A stretch of 64,000 nt of DNA from Candidatus Eiseniibacteriota bacterium (GCA_963744995.1 CAVUWA010000005.1:128001-192000); one strand, 5' to 3'. Positions 1-10,980 are shown, counted from the stretch's first letter. Translations and numbers: made by a program. Notes: generated by a model not told the origin, from the sequence alone.

Positions 1-18
1 GATCGTGAGGTTCTGATC

Positions 19-441
19 ATGCACAACCGCTCCGCATCCCTTCGCGCGCTCCGGCCGCTCGCCGCCGTCTTCGCGCTGGCACTCGTCATCGCCGGCTGCT
101 CGCAGCTCGGCTTCATCAAGCGCCGCCTGCCGCCGCCCGAGGCGGTCAACGGCAAGGTGACGTTTCGCTTCGAGGCGCCGTCGGCGCAGACGGTGCAGCT
201 CGCCGGCAACTGGCCGTGGAACAACTGGCTCGGCGGCCAGGCGCAGACCGGCAGCTTCCTGGTCGGCGAGATGCAGGACCCCGACGGCGACGGCATCTGG
301 ACGCGCACCGAAGAGCTGCCGCCGGGCCGCTACGAGTACAAGTTCGTGATCGACCGCACGAGCTGGAAGGAAGACCCGAACAACCCGCAGCGCGTGGACG
401 ACGGCTACGGGGGGTTCAATTCCCTGCTGATCGTGAAATGA
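19..441 (+). CDS. Lipoprotein with one CBM48 / glycogen-binding (AMPK-beta-like) domain
   Basis: Lipobox VIAGC; VTFRF..A..V.LAG, PGRYEYKFVID..WKEDPNNP, DDGYGGFNS motifs. Confidence 0.85.
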   Translation: MHNRSASLRALRPLAAVFALALVIAGCSQLGFIKRRLPPPEAVNGKVTFRFEAPSAQTVQLAGNWPWNNWLGGQAQTGSFLVGEMQDPDGDGIWTRTEELPPGRYEYKFVIDRTSWKEDPNNPQRVDDGYGGFNSLLIVK

Positions 442-1901
442 GGCCGAGACCGATGACCCGCACGACATCGCGCCTGCGGCGCGTCTCCCGCTCGCTCGCC
501 GCGCTCGCGCTCCTCGCCGCGCTGTTCGCCCTGGTCGGCTGCGGCCGCAACGTGGCGACCCTGTTCCTGGCCCCGAGCGGCGAGCGGCCCGTGCCCGCCA
601 CCGGCGCCGTGAGCGGCACGCTCGACTTCGGCACGCCCGGCACGTACCCGCAGAGCCTCGTGCTCATGGCCCGGGTGCGCGACCCGAATTGCATTTCCTC
701 CTACAGCAGCATCAAGGTCGTGGGCACCAACACCGACCCGATCTTCAACGTGGCCACCGCCCCCGCGCTCACCCAGCTGGCGCCGTGCGTGTGGGTCGAC
801 ACGCTCACGCTGGTCGCCGCGCGGATCACCGGCACGTTCGAGTGGAAGTTCGTCACCAACGACGCGTTCGACAATCCGCCCGACTATTCGACCACCGACG
901 GCAGCCAGATCGACGGGCTCGAGAACTCGCTGGCCTTCGCCTCGCCCGGCAGCGCGAACCTCGACGCCGACGTGCCGGCCGACTTCCTCGACCACACGCT
1001 GGTCTGTCTGCTCGACGAGTCGGCGAGCCCGCCGAACTATGCGTTCAGGAGGATCGAGGACGCCGCGGCCGCCTTCTCGAGCACGGCCGACGGCCGCTTC
1101 ACGATCTCGGGCCTCGTGCCCGGCACGTACAACCTGCGCGTGCGCCCGCCGACGGGCGCCCCGGTCAACATGACCGTCACCGTCGGCAACGCGAACGTGG
1201 ACCTCGGCACGGTGCAGGTCGGCGCCCCGGCGGGCAGCATCTCGGGTCAGCTCGAGTTCGACCCGGCGCTGTTCCCGGACATGGCCGCTGCGCCCTGGCC
1301 GCCGGTCAAGGTGCAGCTCTACCAGGGTGGTATCCTCCAGGAAGAGTTCACCACCTCCCGCACCGACAGAACGTTCTCGTTCGGCAACCTGCCGGCGGGC
1401 GACTACAAGGTGCGTGCGGACGCCAACCTGTTCGCACCGGATTCCGCGGACGTGACGGTGAGCGCCGGCAACGTCGACGCCGGCACGCTCACGCTCGCCG
1501 CCGACTTCAACGAGCTGGCGAGCGACATGCACGTCGCCGGCGACTTCAACGATTTCACGCTCGCCGACTCGACGCGGATGGCGCTGACCGCGATCCCGCA
1601 GGGCTCGACGCAGCTGGTCTGGCAGTACACTCCGAGCCATCCGATCGCTGCCGGTACCTACAACATGAAGTTCGTCACCGACGCCGCGTTCGACAACCCC
1701 ACCGACTACGGTGGCGACGAGAGTCAGACGATCCAGGTGCCGGTCACGAACGCGCCGACGTCGCTGGTGTCCGGATTCGGCACGGCGATCAAGCTGCAGT
1801 TCACCGCGGCCGGGACCTACCTGTTCACGCTCGACGAGCGACGGCAGACGTTCTCGATCGAAACGGCCCCCGCGCCCCGGCTCTCGGCCGGGAGGAGATG
1901 A
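438..1901 (+). CDS. Lipoprotein with two putative starch-binding modules and prealbumin/carboxypeptidase-regulatory-like beta domains
   Basis: Start reassigned to ATG 438 (ATGA overlap with upstream stop; 453 is an alternative). Lipobox LVGC. Repeated KFVT(N/D)xAFDNP(P/T)DY; F(T/S)xxxLxxG(T/D)Y motifs. Confidence 0.7.
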   Translation: MRPRPMTRTTSRLRRVSRSLAALALLAALFALVGCGRNVATLFLAPSGERPVPATGAVSGTLDFGTPGTYPQSLVLMARVRDPNCISSYSSIKVVGTNTDPIFNVATAPALTQLAPCVWVDTLTLVAARITGTFEWKFVTNDAFDNPPDYSTTDGSQIDGLENSLAFASPGSANLDADVPADFLDHTLVCLLDESASPPNYAFRRIEDAAAAFSSTADGRFTISGLVPGTYNLRVRPPTGAPVNMTVTVGNANVDLGTVQVGAPAGSISGQLEFDPALFPDMAAAPWPPVKVQLYQGGILQEEFTTSRTDRTFSFGNLPAGDYKVRADANLFAPDSADVTVSAGNVDAGTLTLAADFNELASDMHVAGDFNDFTLADSTRMALTAIPQGSTQLVWQYTPSHPIAAGTYNMKFVTDAAFDNPTDYGGDESQTIQVPVTNAPTSLVSGFGTAIKLQFTAAGTYLFTLDERRQTFSIETAPAPRLSAGRR

Positions 1902-1905
1902 GACG

Positions 1906-3012
1906 ATGCGAATCCTGACGATGGCGGCCGTTCTCGCGCTGGCGGCCCCGGGGCTCTCCGGATGCGCCGGCGGCTGGCGCAACGGCGCTCCGCCCGGAGC
2001 GGAGCCGGCCGCCGCGAAGGCCCGGGCCACGGGCACGGCCGCGGCGGCGAACAGCTCCAAAGGCCCTGCCGCGGGCGCGGACGGCGTCACCTTCCGCTAC
2101 GAGGGCACGGCTCAGACCGTGGCGCTGGCCGGCGAGTTCAACGGCTGGTCCACGACTGCCGATCCGCTGACGAAGGGCGCCGACGGCACCTGGACGATCA
2201 CGAAGGACCTCGCCCCCGGCCGCTACCCCTACAAGTTCGTGATCGACGGCACGACGTGGAAGGAAGATCCGAACGCTGCCGAGACCGTGGACGACGGCTA
2301 CGGCGGCAAGAATTCGCTCGTCGTGGTCGGCGAGGGCGGAAAGGCCGCGCCCGCTGCGGCGCCGAAAGCGCAGGCGCCCGCCGGAGCGGCCGTACGGGCC
2401 CCCGGCGCGGGCGGCGTCACCTTCCAGTATTCGGGCCCCGGCAGCAGCGTGGCGCTGGCCGGCGAGTTCAACGGCTGGTCCACGACCGCCGATCCGCTGA
2501 CGAAGGGCGCCGATGGCACCTGGACGATCACGAAGAACCTCGCCCCCGGCCGCTACCCCTACAAGTTCGTGATCGACGGCACGACGTGGAAGGAAGATCC
2601 GAACGCCGCCGAATCGGTGGACGACGGCTACGGCGGCAAGAATTCGCTCGTCGTGGTCGGCGAGGGCGCCGGCGGTGCCGCGGGCGGCACGGCCGCAGCG
2701 GCGGGGGGCGAAGCGAACGGCGGCGGCGCCGAAGGCCGCGCCCCCGAGATCACGCCCGACGGCGTGCGCTTCTACTTCCCCGGCAGCCACAGGAGCGTGG
2801 CGCTCGCCGGAGACTTCAACGCCTGGTCCACGACCGCGGATCCGATGAAGGTCGGACCCGACGGGCTGTGGACGATCCTGAAACCGCTCGAGCCCGGCAC
2901 CTACGGCTACAAATTCGTGGTCGACGGCACCACCTGGAAGACCGACGAAGCCAACCCCGAGGCCGTCGACGACGGCTTCGGCGGCAAGAACTCCGTCATC
3001 ACCGTGAAGTGA
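1906..3012 (+). CDS. Lipoprotein with three tandem CBM48-like glycogen-binding domains
   Basis: GGAGGAG upstream of ATG 1906; lipobox LSGC; three GVxF..VALAG(E/D)FN.W..YKFV.DG..DDG(Y/F)GGKNS units with Ala/Gly-rich linkers. Confidence 0.88.
   Translation: MRILTMAAVLALAAPGLSGCAGGWRNGAPPGAEPAAAKARATGTAAAANSSKGPAAGADGVTFRYEGTAQTVALAGEFNGWSTTADPLTKGADGTWTITKDLAPGRYPYKFVIDGTTWKEDPNAAETVDDGYGGKNSLVVVGEGGKAAPAAAPKAQAPAGAAVRAPGAGGVTFQYSGPGSSVALAGEFNGWSTTADPLTKGADGTWTITKNLAPGRYPYKFVIDGTTWKEDPNAAESVDDGYGGKNSLVVVGEGAGGAAGGTAAAAGGEANGGGAEGRAPEITPDGVRFYFPGSHRSVALAGDFNAWSTTADPMKVGPDGLWTILKPLEPGTYGYKFVVDGTTWKTDEANPEAVDDGFGGKNSVITVK
2119..2668 (+). repeat. Intragenic direct repeat, 220 bp x2 (2119-2338 and 2449-2668)
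   Basis: Copies offset by 330 nt with about 7 mismatches by hand alignment; they encode CBM48 copies 1 and 2. Confidence 0.9.
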
Positions 3013-3095
3013 TCCCGGCCGGAGGGCGCGCCCGCGCGGCGCGCCCCCGGGCCGGGCCCCCACCCGGTCCGCCGGCCCTCATCGAGGAGTCCAGC

Positions 3096-5792
3096 ATGCA
3101 CACCCTCCGCCACGCCCTTCGCGCGTTCCGGCACGCCGCGTTCGCGAGCTTCGCCCTGGTGGCTCTCACCGCGACGGCGTGGGCGACGCCGGTCACGTTC
3201 CGCTACCAGCCCGTCATCGGCGGGGTGTCCTCGGTGAGCGTCGCCGGCTCATTCAACGGCTGGGACGCCGCCGCCAACCCGCTCGAGGACGACGACAAGG
3301 ACGGCATCTGGGAAGCCACGATCGACCTTCCCGAATCACGAATCACCTACAAGTTCGTGGTGAACGGCGACCAATGGTTCGCCGACGACTTCGCCGAGGA
3401 CGGTGAGCCGGATGGCTTCGGCGGACAGAACTCCGTGGTGAACGTGGGCAAGGATCCGCTCACGGTCGGCGTCGGCTCGTCGTTCGCGAAGAAGGCCGAG
3501 GCGCCGGCCGCGGTCGGGCTCCGGCAGGTGACGTTCAAGTTCAAGCCGCCCGGGACGCCGCAGCAGGTGTCGATCGCCGGCTCGTTCAACGACTGGACCG
3601 TCGGCAAGAACCTCCTGGGTGATCCGGACGGCGACGGCACGTGGACCGCCACGCTGCTGCTTTCCCCCGGCGACTATCAGTACAAGTTCGTGGTCGGCGC
3701 CGACGGCTGGACCCAGGACAAGGAGGGCCAGGACGCCGAGACGGACGACGGCTACGGCGGCAAGAACTCGATCATCCACGTGGACGACCGCTTCCCGGCC
3801 GTCGAGGTCGCAAAGGGCGACGGCAAGGTGTTCGCCGACGGCCTCACGCACACCCAGGCGGCGAACGAGGTCAACCATCTGGGCGGCGGCCACGTGGAGT
3901 TCACGGCGCGCGCGCACCTGGGCGACGTCGAGGGCGTGGATCTGGTCACCTGGGAGGGCGGCCGGCGCACGGTGCACCCGATGCGCGAGGTGAATCGCGA
4001 CCGGGTGTTCGCCTACTTCCGCACGGAGGTCGCGCTGCCGTCCGGCGAGACCCCGTACGTGATCCGCTACCGCGACGGTGGCACGACGTACGACCTGACG
4101 ACGCACGGGCTGGTGAAAGGCGAGGCCGCGACCGGCGACGCGTTCACGTTCAGCGCGGCCAGGTTCCCGGCGTTCGAGACTCCGGACTGGGTGAAGAACG
4201 CGATCATCTACCAGATTTTCCCCGACCGGTTCAGGAACGGCGACCCGTCGAACGACCAGGACTTCCACGAGTGGTACTACAAGGGCAAGACGACGCTGCC
4301 GCCGGGGGGCAAGCTCAACACCGACTACCAGGAGTACTACCACCTGGTGAAGGACTGGAGCGACTACAAGGCGCTCACCCAGTGCCCGTGGACGCCCGAC
4401 GGACGCGACTGGATGGCCTTCTACGGCGGCGACATCGAGGGCGTGCGCCAGAAGCTCGACTACCTGCACGACCTTGGCGTCACGGCGATCTACTTCAACC
4501 CGATCTTCGAGGCCAAGTCCACGCACAAGTACGACGGCGCCGACTACATGAAGGTGGATCCGCACTTCGGCACCAACGCACAGTTCAAGACGTTCGTGCA
4601 GGAGGCGCGGGCGAAGGGTATCCACATCATTCTCGACATCGTCTACAACCACACCGGCAACGCGCACTGGGCGTTCCACGACGCCGAGGAAAAGGGCAAG
4701 GCGAGCCCCTACTATGACTGGTACGAGTTCAAGAAGTGGCCGCTGCCGGACGGCTGGCCGAACGTGGGCCATCCGTGGAAGCCGGCCGACTACTACTACT
4801 GCTGGTGGGGCTTCGGCGACCTGCCCGACCTGAACTTCGACCTGTCGCGCAACAACGACGCCGAGAAGACCGTGCGCGACGTGAAGGACGCGCAGGTCAA
4901 CGTCGCGCTGGTCAAACATCTGCTCGACGCCACCGAGTTCTGGCTCAAGGACATAGACGTGGACGGCGTGCGGCTCGACGTGCCGAACGAGGTCCCCTAC
5001 TGGTTCTGGAAGCTGTTCAACCAGCGCGTCAAGCAGGTGAAGCCCGACGCCTACATCGTCGGCGAGCTATGGGGCAACGCGTCCGACTACGTGCGCCCGG
5101 GCGTCTACGACGCGGTGATGAACTACGCGTTCTTCCGAGATCCCGTGCAGCGCTTCCTGGGCCTCGGCCAGGGCACCGCGGCCGAGTTCGACGCTACGCT
5201 GGCGACCGGGCGGCTCACATACCCGACCCAGGCGGTCGAGTGCCAGATGAACCTGATCGATTCGCACGACACCGTGCGCTTCCTGACCCAGGTCGGCGGC
5301 AACGTCAAGCGGTTGAAACTGGCGGCGATGTTCGGGATGACCTACATCGGCGCGCCGCACATCTACTACGGCGACGAGATCGGCATGGAGGGCGGCCGCG
5401 ACCCCGACTGCCGGCGGCCGTTCGTCTGGGACTACGCGAAGGAACCCGCGCGCGTCGCACTGCTCGACTACTACCGGAAGCTCACCCACGCGCGGCTCGC
5501 CCACCAGGCGCTGCGCACCGGCGATTTCACCACCGTTGCGACGGCAGGAAAGGTCTTCGGCTTCGTCAGGAGCGGCGACGGCGAGCAGTTCCTGGTGGGC
5601 CTCAATGCCGGCGGCCAGCCGGCGACGATGGCGTTCGACACGACCCCGTGGGGCGGCAGCGTCGAGGCCGTCGACCTGCTCAGCGGCGAGAAGTTGGCGT
5701 GGAAGGGCAGCGTTCAGGTGTCGCTCCCGGCCGAATCCGGACGGCTGTTCCAGCTGACGAAACCGTCGGGCGCGGTGGGCGCGAAGCGGTAG
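3096..5792 (+). CDS. Secreted GH13 alpha-amylase family enzyme (neopullulanase/cyclomaltodextrinase-like) with two N-terminal CBM48 domains
   Basis: GAGGAG RBS, ATG 3096, signal peptide ending AWA; YQIFPDRF, YGGDIEG, STHKYD; catalytic RLDVPNE, VGELW, DSHDT; YYGDEIG. Confidence 0.93.
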   Translation: MHTLRHALRAFRHAAFASFALVALTATAWATPVTFRYQPVIGGVSSVSVAGSFNGWDAAANPLEDDDKDGIWEATIDLPESRITYKFVVNGDQWFADDFAEDGEPDGFGGQNSVVNVGKDPLTVGVGSSFAKKAEAPAAVGLRQVTFKFKPPGTPQQVSIAGSFNDWTVGKNLLGDPDGDGTWTATLLLSPGDYQYKFVVGADGWTQDKEGQDAETDDGYGGKNSIIHVDDRFPAVEVAKGDGKVFADGLTHTQAANEVNHLGGGHVEFTARAHLGDVEGVDLVTWEGGRRTVHPMREVNRDRVFAYFRTEVALPSGETPYVIRYRDGGTTYDLTTHGLVKGEAATGDAFTFSAARFPAFETPDWVKNAIIYQIFPDRFRNGDPSNDQDFHEWYYKGKTTLPPGGKLNTDYQEYYHLVKDWSDYKALTQCPWTPDGRDWMAFYGGDIEGVRQKLDYLHDLGVTAIYFNPIFEAKSTHKYDGADYMKVDPHFGTNAQFKTFVQEARAKGIHIILDIVYNHTGNAHWAFHDAEEKGKASPYYDWYEFKKWPLPDGWPNVGHPWKPADYYYCWWGFGDLPDLNFDLSRNNDAEKTVRDVKDAQVNVALVKHLLDATEFWLKDIDVDGVRLDVPNEVPYWFWKLFNQRVKQVKPDAYIVGELWGNASDYVRPGVYDAVMNYAFFRDPVQRFLGLGQGTAAEFDATLATGRLTYPTQAVECQMNLIDSHDTVRFLTQVGGNVKRLKLAAMFGMTYIGAPHIYYGDEIGMEGGRDPDCRRPFVWDYAKEPARVALLDYYRKLTHARLAHQALRTGDFTTVATAGKVFGFVRSGDGEQFLVGLNAGGQPATMAFDTTPWGGSVEAVDLLSGEKLAWKGSVQVSLPAESGRLFQLTKPSGAVGAKR

Positions 5793-5808
5793 CCGCCCGG
5801 TGGCGGAG

Positions 5809-5848
5809 GCGCAGGGCCCGGCGCATTGGATGCGCCGGGCCCCTGCGC
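5809..5848 (+). terminator. Long GC-rich hairpin after the GH13 operon
   Basis: gcgcagggcccggcgcat-tgg-atgcgccgggcccctgcgc with one bulge; no clear U-tract. Confidence 0.55.
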
Positions 5849-5887
5849 TAGGATGACGCAACGTTCGTCCAAGCCGGAGGAGGGCAA

Positions 5888-8737
5888 ATGGCCGCCCGTT
5901 CGGCAACCACGTTGCATCCGCAGGACGAGATTTCCCACTACCGCATCATCGGCCCGCTCGGCGCCGGCGGGATGGGTGAGGTGTACCTGGCCGAGGATCG
6001 GTCGCTGGAGCGTCGTGTCGCCCTCAAGGTCCTGCCCCCGGATCTCGTCCGCAGCGAAGAACGGGTGCGCCGCTTCGTGCTGGAGGCGCGCTCGGCCTCC
6101 TCCCTCAGCCATCCCCACATCGTGACGATCTACGAGATCGGCACGGACGATCCGCTCGCCGGGCGCGCCGAATGCCGGGCCCGTGCACTTCATCTCCATG
6201 GAGCTGATCGCCGGCCAGACCCTCACCACGTTGATCCATGCCGAGAAGACCCCCCTGAAATCCCTCCTCGGCTTCCTGGCACAGGTTGCGGAGGGCCTTT
6301 CCAAGGCCCATGCCGCCGGGATCGTGCATCGCGATCTCAAACCCGGCAACATCATGGTGTCCGCCGACGGGTATGCGAAGATCCTCGACTTCGGACTCGC
6401 AAAGCTCACCGAGGCGGGTGGACCGGACGCGGACGCCTCGACCGCCACCACGATGGCGGCGGATTCCACCGGAGCGGGCATCGTCGTGGGCACCGCCGGC
6501 TACATGTCGCCCGAGCAGGTGCAGGGCAGGAAGGTGGATCATCGCTCCGACGTGTTCTCGTTCGGCTGCATCCTCTACGAGGCCGCGACGCGGCGGCGGC
6601 CCTTCGCCGCGGCGACCGGCGTCGAGACGATGCACCGGATCCTCCATGAGAAGCCCGTCCCGGTCGAGGAGATCGACGCGAGCGTCCCCGCGGAACTGCG
6701 GCGGGTCATCCGGCGCTGCCTCGCGAAGAGTCCGGACCAGCGCTTCCAGTCCATGAAGGATCTCGCCATCGAGCTGCGCGAGATCGCCGACGAATACGAC
6801 GCACTCTCGGCTTCGGCAAGCTCGGGGAGCATGAGCTCGGGGCCCGCCCGGGCGCCCGCCAGACGCCGGCGCGCTTCGTTCTGGATCGCGGCGGTGGCTG
6901 TCGCCGGTGTCGTGGGGGTCGCGCTGGCGTGGTGGAACCTGCGTCGCGCTGGAGACGGAGCGTCGGACGCACCGTTCCAGAACATGCGGGCGACCGTCCT
7001 CACGAGCCGCGGCGACGTGCAGGACTGCGTGCTCTCCCGCGACGGCCGGTATCTCGCCTACATCTCCGGGGCCGCGGGGCAGTTCGGCCTGCGGATACGC
7101 CAGGTCGCGACCGGCAGCGACGTCGAGATCCTCCCCCCTCGAACGAGGAACTCGCCAATCTCTGTTTCTCACCGGACGGCAACTACGTCTGCTACACGAA
7201 GGTGACCCGCGCCGCCATTGGAATGCGCACCCTGTACCGCGTCGCGTCCCTGGGGGGTACGGCCGAGGAGGTGCTGTCCGACGTGGACTCGCGCGCCGCC
7301 TTTTCTCCCGACGGGAAACGTATCGCGTTCTGGCGCATCGTGCCCCAGGAGTGGCGCGTGTACCTCATCGTCTTCGACCTCGATACGCACCACGAAGCAC
7401 GGCTTGCGGCGATTCCGTTCACGCGGTGGCCATCGGGTGGGCTGGACTGGTCACCCGATGGGGAACACCTCGCCGCGGCGTTCTTCATTCCCACTCAGGG
7501 CCTTCTCGGCACACTGTCGGTCTTCGATCCCGAGACGGGCCGGGAGAGACGATTCGCCGAAATGCCGAACACCGCGCTGTCCGGCATCGCCTGGCTGCCG
7601 GACGGCAGCGGGCTCGTCGCGTCGGCAAAGGACCTGCACGCATCGTTTTCCGACCAGCTGTTTCTGGTGTCCTTCCCGGGCGGCCGGATCACGCGGATCA
7701 CCAACGACTTCAACACCTACTCGGGTATCTCGGTGTCGTCCGGTGCCGCGATCGCGGCGGTACGGACGACGCAGCTGTCCAACATCTGGATCGCCGATCT
7801 GCGCGGCGGCGAACCGCGGCGAATCACCAACATCACGAGCCCGGAGAACTCGCCCGTGGGCTCGTTCGACACGGACAGCAACGCGGTGTTCTTTGCGGCC
7901 ATGCACGGTCAGAGCGTGGAGATCCTCGTCTCTTCGATCTCCGGCGGGCGGGCGCGACCGCTCACCTCCGGGAAGGACTGGAGCCTTGCCCCCAGGGTCG
8001 GCGGCGATGTCATCGTCTTTCAGCGCCTCGCCGCTGACGGCCCGCAACTGTGGCGCATGAACCGCAACGGGAGCGACCCGCGCAAGGCCACGCCGGGTTC
8101 GGGACAGCTGATCCAGGCGCTGTCACCCGACGGCCGCACGGCCGCCGTCGTCGATGTGGACTCCACGGGAGCCATGTTGCTCGTGTCGATCGACTCGGGC
8201 GCGCAACGATGGATCCCCGGAGCCGACGCGGCGCTCACGTTCTCCGGGGACGGCGGGCGCCTGCTCGTGGCCCGGACGGAGACGGACGACCACGGCCTGG
8301 CCAGAGCCGTCTGGGAGGTGGTCCCGGTCGACGGGGGACCGCCCGCGGACAGCCTGCGCCTCCCGGAAACCGCCACCGAGCCGTCGTGGAACCCGGACGG
8401 GCGCAGCATGACCTACCTGAACGCCGCCGATCGGGCCTGGAACGTGTACCGGCTGGAATTCGGCGATGGGACCCCGGCGGCCGTGACCCGATTCAGGAGC
8501 GGTCGCGTTCTGGATCACCTCTGGTCCCCCGACGGTCGGCGGCTGGCCGTGGTCCGTCAGATCGGCGGCGACATGAACGTGTGGGTCACGGATCCGGACG
8601 GCAGCCACCCGCTGCAGGTGACTCGTTTCGAGGGTCAGGAGGTGTTCCGAATGCACTGGCTGCGCGATGGTGAACACCTCGCCGTCCAGGCGGGGACATC
8701 GAGCCGTGACGCGGTGCTGATCCGCGGACTTCGCTGA
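5888..8737 (+). pseudogene. Hanks-type Ser/Thr kinase + TM helix + TolB/PD40-like beta-propeller, interrupted by two frameshifts (~6145 and ~7140)
   Basis: [13 protein letters not shown] lie in ORF 5888; [21 protein letters not shown] and the TM helix in ORF 6183; SPDG repeats in ORF 6929. The second shift is at a C homopolymer. May be sequencing error rather than a true pseudogene. Confidence 0.8.
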
Positions 8738-8811
8738 CACCACCGTGCGGGGCGTCCGGTCGCCCGGGCCGCGAACCACGCACGGAGCTGGAGCCGCGGC
8801 GGGGCAGGCCC

Positions 8812-10980
8812 CTATTCTCCTTCACTCCCCCGCGTCCCGCCGCTCCCGGAGCCCGTGTCCGGTCCGGTGGTCCGTCCATGGTCGTCCGCCGTCGAGATCT
8901 CCCCGGCGTCCCCGAACACCTCCTCCCACTCGCCGGCGTGCTCGTGCTTGAGCTGCTCTTCGGGAATCCTGCCCGTGAGCCAGGTCCAGTTCATCGGGTA
9001 GACGTCGGGGTTCAGCAGCACGTAGTACATGTGCCAGACGAGGATCGCGAGGAACGCCAGCCAGGCCTCGTAGTAGTGCACCATGGTCGCGAGGTCGAGC
9101 ACCCACTTGTTCACGAACTTCAGCGAGTCGTTCTCGAACCACAGGGCGAGCCCGGTCACGCTCATCACCACCGTGCCCCAGATCAGGGCCCAGTACTCGG
9201 CCTTTTCGATGTAGCCGAAGTGACCGAAGCGGGGCGGCATGTCGCGGCGGCCGATCAGGTAGGCCACGTTCTGGCCCGCCTCGCGCGCGTCCTTCAGGCC
9301 CGGCAGCATGGCGACGAGCATGCGGCGCCCGCGGGTGGTGAACAGGTAACCCACGTGGAACAGCGACACCGCGATCATCACGACCCCCGCGCCGCGATGG
9401 ATGATGCTGCGCCATTCATAGCCGCTCTCGAGCCGGGCGAACCATGCGAACGGCCAGGCCTCCGGGTAGCGGAGCGCGAATCCCGTGTAGACGAGCGTGA
9501 AGAAGCTCACCGCCAGCAGCGCGTGCTGGATGCGCTCGCTGAGCGTCAGGCGCTCGACGTACCGCTGCGAGATCTCCGTCACATGATCCCTGGCCCGGCC
9601 CAGGTGCCGCGCCAGGCTCGCCATGAGTTTCTTCCTGAGATCGAGGCCGTTATGGAGGAGCATGCCGCCGATCGTGCCGAAGATCAGCGTCAGATAGACG
9701 ATCCGCACCCAGTACAGCACCGGATTGTCCGGCCGCGAGAGCGCGACGTGCACCCGCCCCTGAGCGAAGCGCACGCCGGCGCCGGGATGGCACGAACCGC
9801 AGGTCTTCGGCAGGTTCGCCGGATTGACCGCGGAACGCGGGTCGCTCGAGGGCAGGATGTCGTGGTAGCCGTGGCAGCTCGCGCAGTCTGCGGCGACCGG
9901 CGAGCCACCGCGTGCGGCGAGCCCGTGATAGCTGTCCTCGTACGTGGAGAGCCGCCCCGCGGGCAGGCCGAACGTCTCCACGATGCGCTCGGCATCGTGG
10001 CAGTGCGAGCAGGTCTGCGTGACGCGCCCCGCCGACACCGGCGAGTTGGGATCCTTCGGCCCGCGGATCAGGTGCTCGCCGTGGCAGTCGGTGCAGACCG
10101 GCGACGCCAGCACGCCGCGCACCATCGCGGTGCCGTGTATGCCGATCTCGTAGGCCTTCTCCTCCGCGGCGTGACAGTGGCCGCAGGTCTTCGGAATGTT
10201 GGTGCGGTAGACCGACGAGCGCGGGTCGCCGGCACGCAGCAGGTCGTGCGATTCGTGGCAGTCGGTGCAGGTCGCGGCATTCGGATTGTCCGAGCGGCCG
10301 TGCACGCTGCTCTCGTACAGCGCGGTCGCCTCCGGGATCGTGATCTTACGGCGTGTCATGAGCGCGCGGTCCGCGTGGCACTTCGCGCAGGTCTTCGCGA
10401 CGTTCGCGTGGTAGGTCCTGGCGCGTGGATCGGTATGGCGCAGCACCGTGTGGGTCGAACCGTGACAGTCGCGGCAGGTGGAGACGTCGCTGTCCCCCTT
10501 CGCGAGCGCGACGCCGTGGACGCTCTGCTCGTACTGGGCGACCTCGGTGGCATGGCACGTGGCGCAGATGTCGCGGCCCAGCGTCGCGGCCGGCCGGACG
10601 CCATGGGTGCCGTGACAGCCCTGGCAGGTGCGGGCGTGGCCGCCGCCGTCCAGAGCATGGGCGCTGGCGGCCAGATCGCGGCCTTCCTCGGCGTGGCACG
10701 TCGTGCAGCGCACCGGTGCCATGTGCCCGGTGTGGGGCACCGTGGCGGAGGTGTGGCAGTCGCCACAGGCGAGGCTCGCGTGCACCGAGCCGCGCAACCG
10801 GGCGGCGTCGACGTGCAGCGGCTGATCGTCGGGCCCGCGAAGGTCGGGGTCCGAGTGACACATCATGCAGACGTCGTCACTCTCGACTGCAGCATGTGCG
10901 GCGCCGATCCCGCCGGAGCCCCATCCCCACACCGCAACCGCCAGACACCCCGCAACGACGAGACCGCGCCGAAAGCGCAT
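8812..10980 (-). CDS. Multiheme cytochrome c (13 CxxCH) fused to an FdnI/HydC-type cytochrome b membrane domain (CbcL-like)
   Basis: Signal peptide; 13 CxxCH; C-terminal TM helices with RIQH, IIHR, YIEKAEYWALIWG, VHYYEA..WH. Confidence 0.9.
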   Translation of the reverse strand: MRFRRGLVVAGCLAVAVWGWGSGGIGAAHAAVESDDVCMMCHSDPDLRGPDDQPLHVDAARLRGSVHASLACGDCHTSATVPHTGHMAPVRCTTCHAEEGRDLAASAHALDGGGHARTCQGCHGTHGVRPAATLGRDICATCHATEVAQYEQSVHGVALAKGDSDVSTCRDCHGSTHTVLRHTDPRARTYHANVAKTCAKCHADRALMTRRKITIPEATALYESSVHGRSDNPNAATCTDCHESHDLLRAGDPRSSVYRTNIPKTCGHCHAAEEKAYEIGIHGTAMVRGVLASPVCTDCHGEHLIRGPKDPNSPVSAGRVTQTCSHCHDAERIVETFGLPAGRLSTYEDSYHGLAARGGSPVAADCASCHGYHDILPSSDPRSAVNPANLPKTCGSCHPGAGVRFAQGRVHVALSRPDNPVLYWVRIVYLTLIFGTIGGMLLHNGLDLRKKLMASLARHLGRARDHVTEISQRYVERLTLSERIQHALLAVSFFTLVYTGFALRYPEAWPFAWFARLESGYEWRSIIHRGAGVVMIAVSLFHVGYLFTTRGRRMLVAMLPGLKDAREAGQNVAYLIGRRDMPPRFGHFGYIEKAEYWALIWGTVVMSVTGLALWFENDSLKFVNKWVLDLATMVHYYEAWLAFLAILVWHMYYVLLNPDVYPMNWTWLTGRIPEEQLKHEHAGEWEEVFGDAGEISTADDHGRTTGPDTGSGSGGTRGSEGE

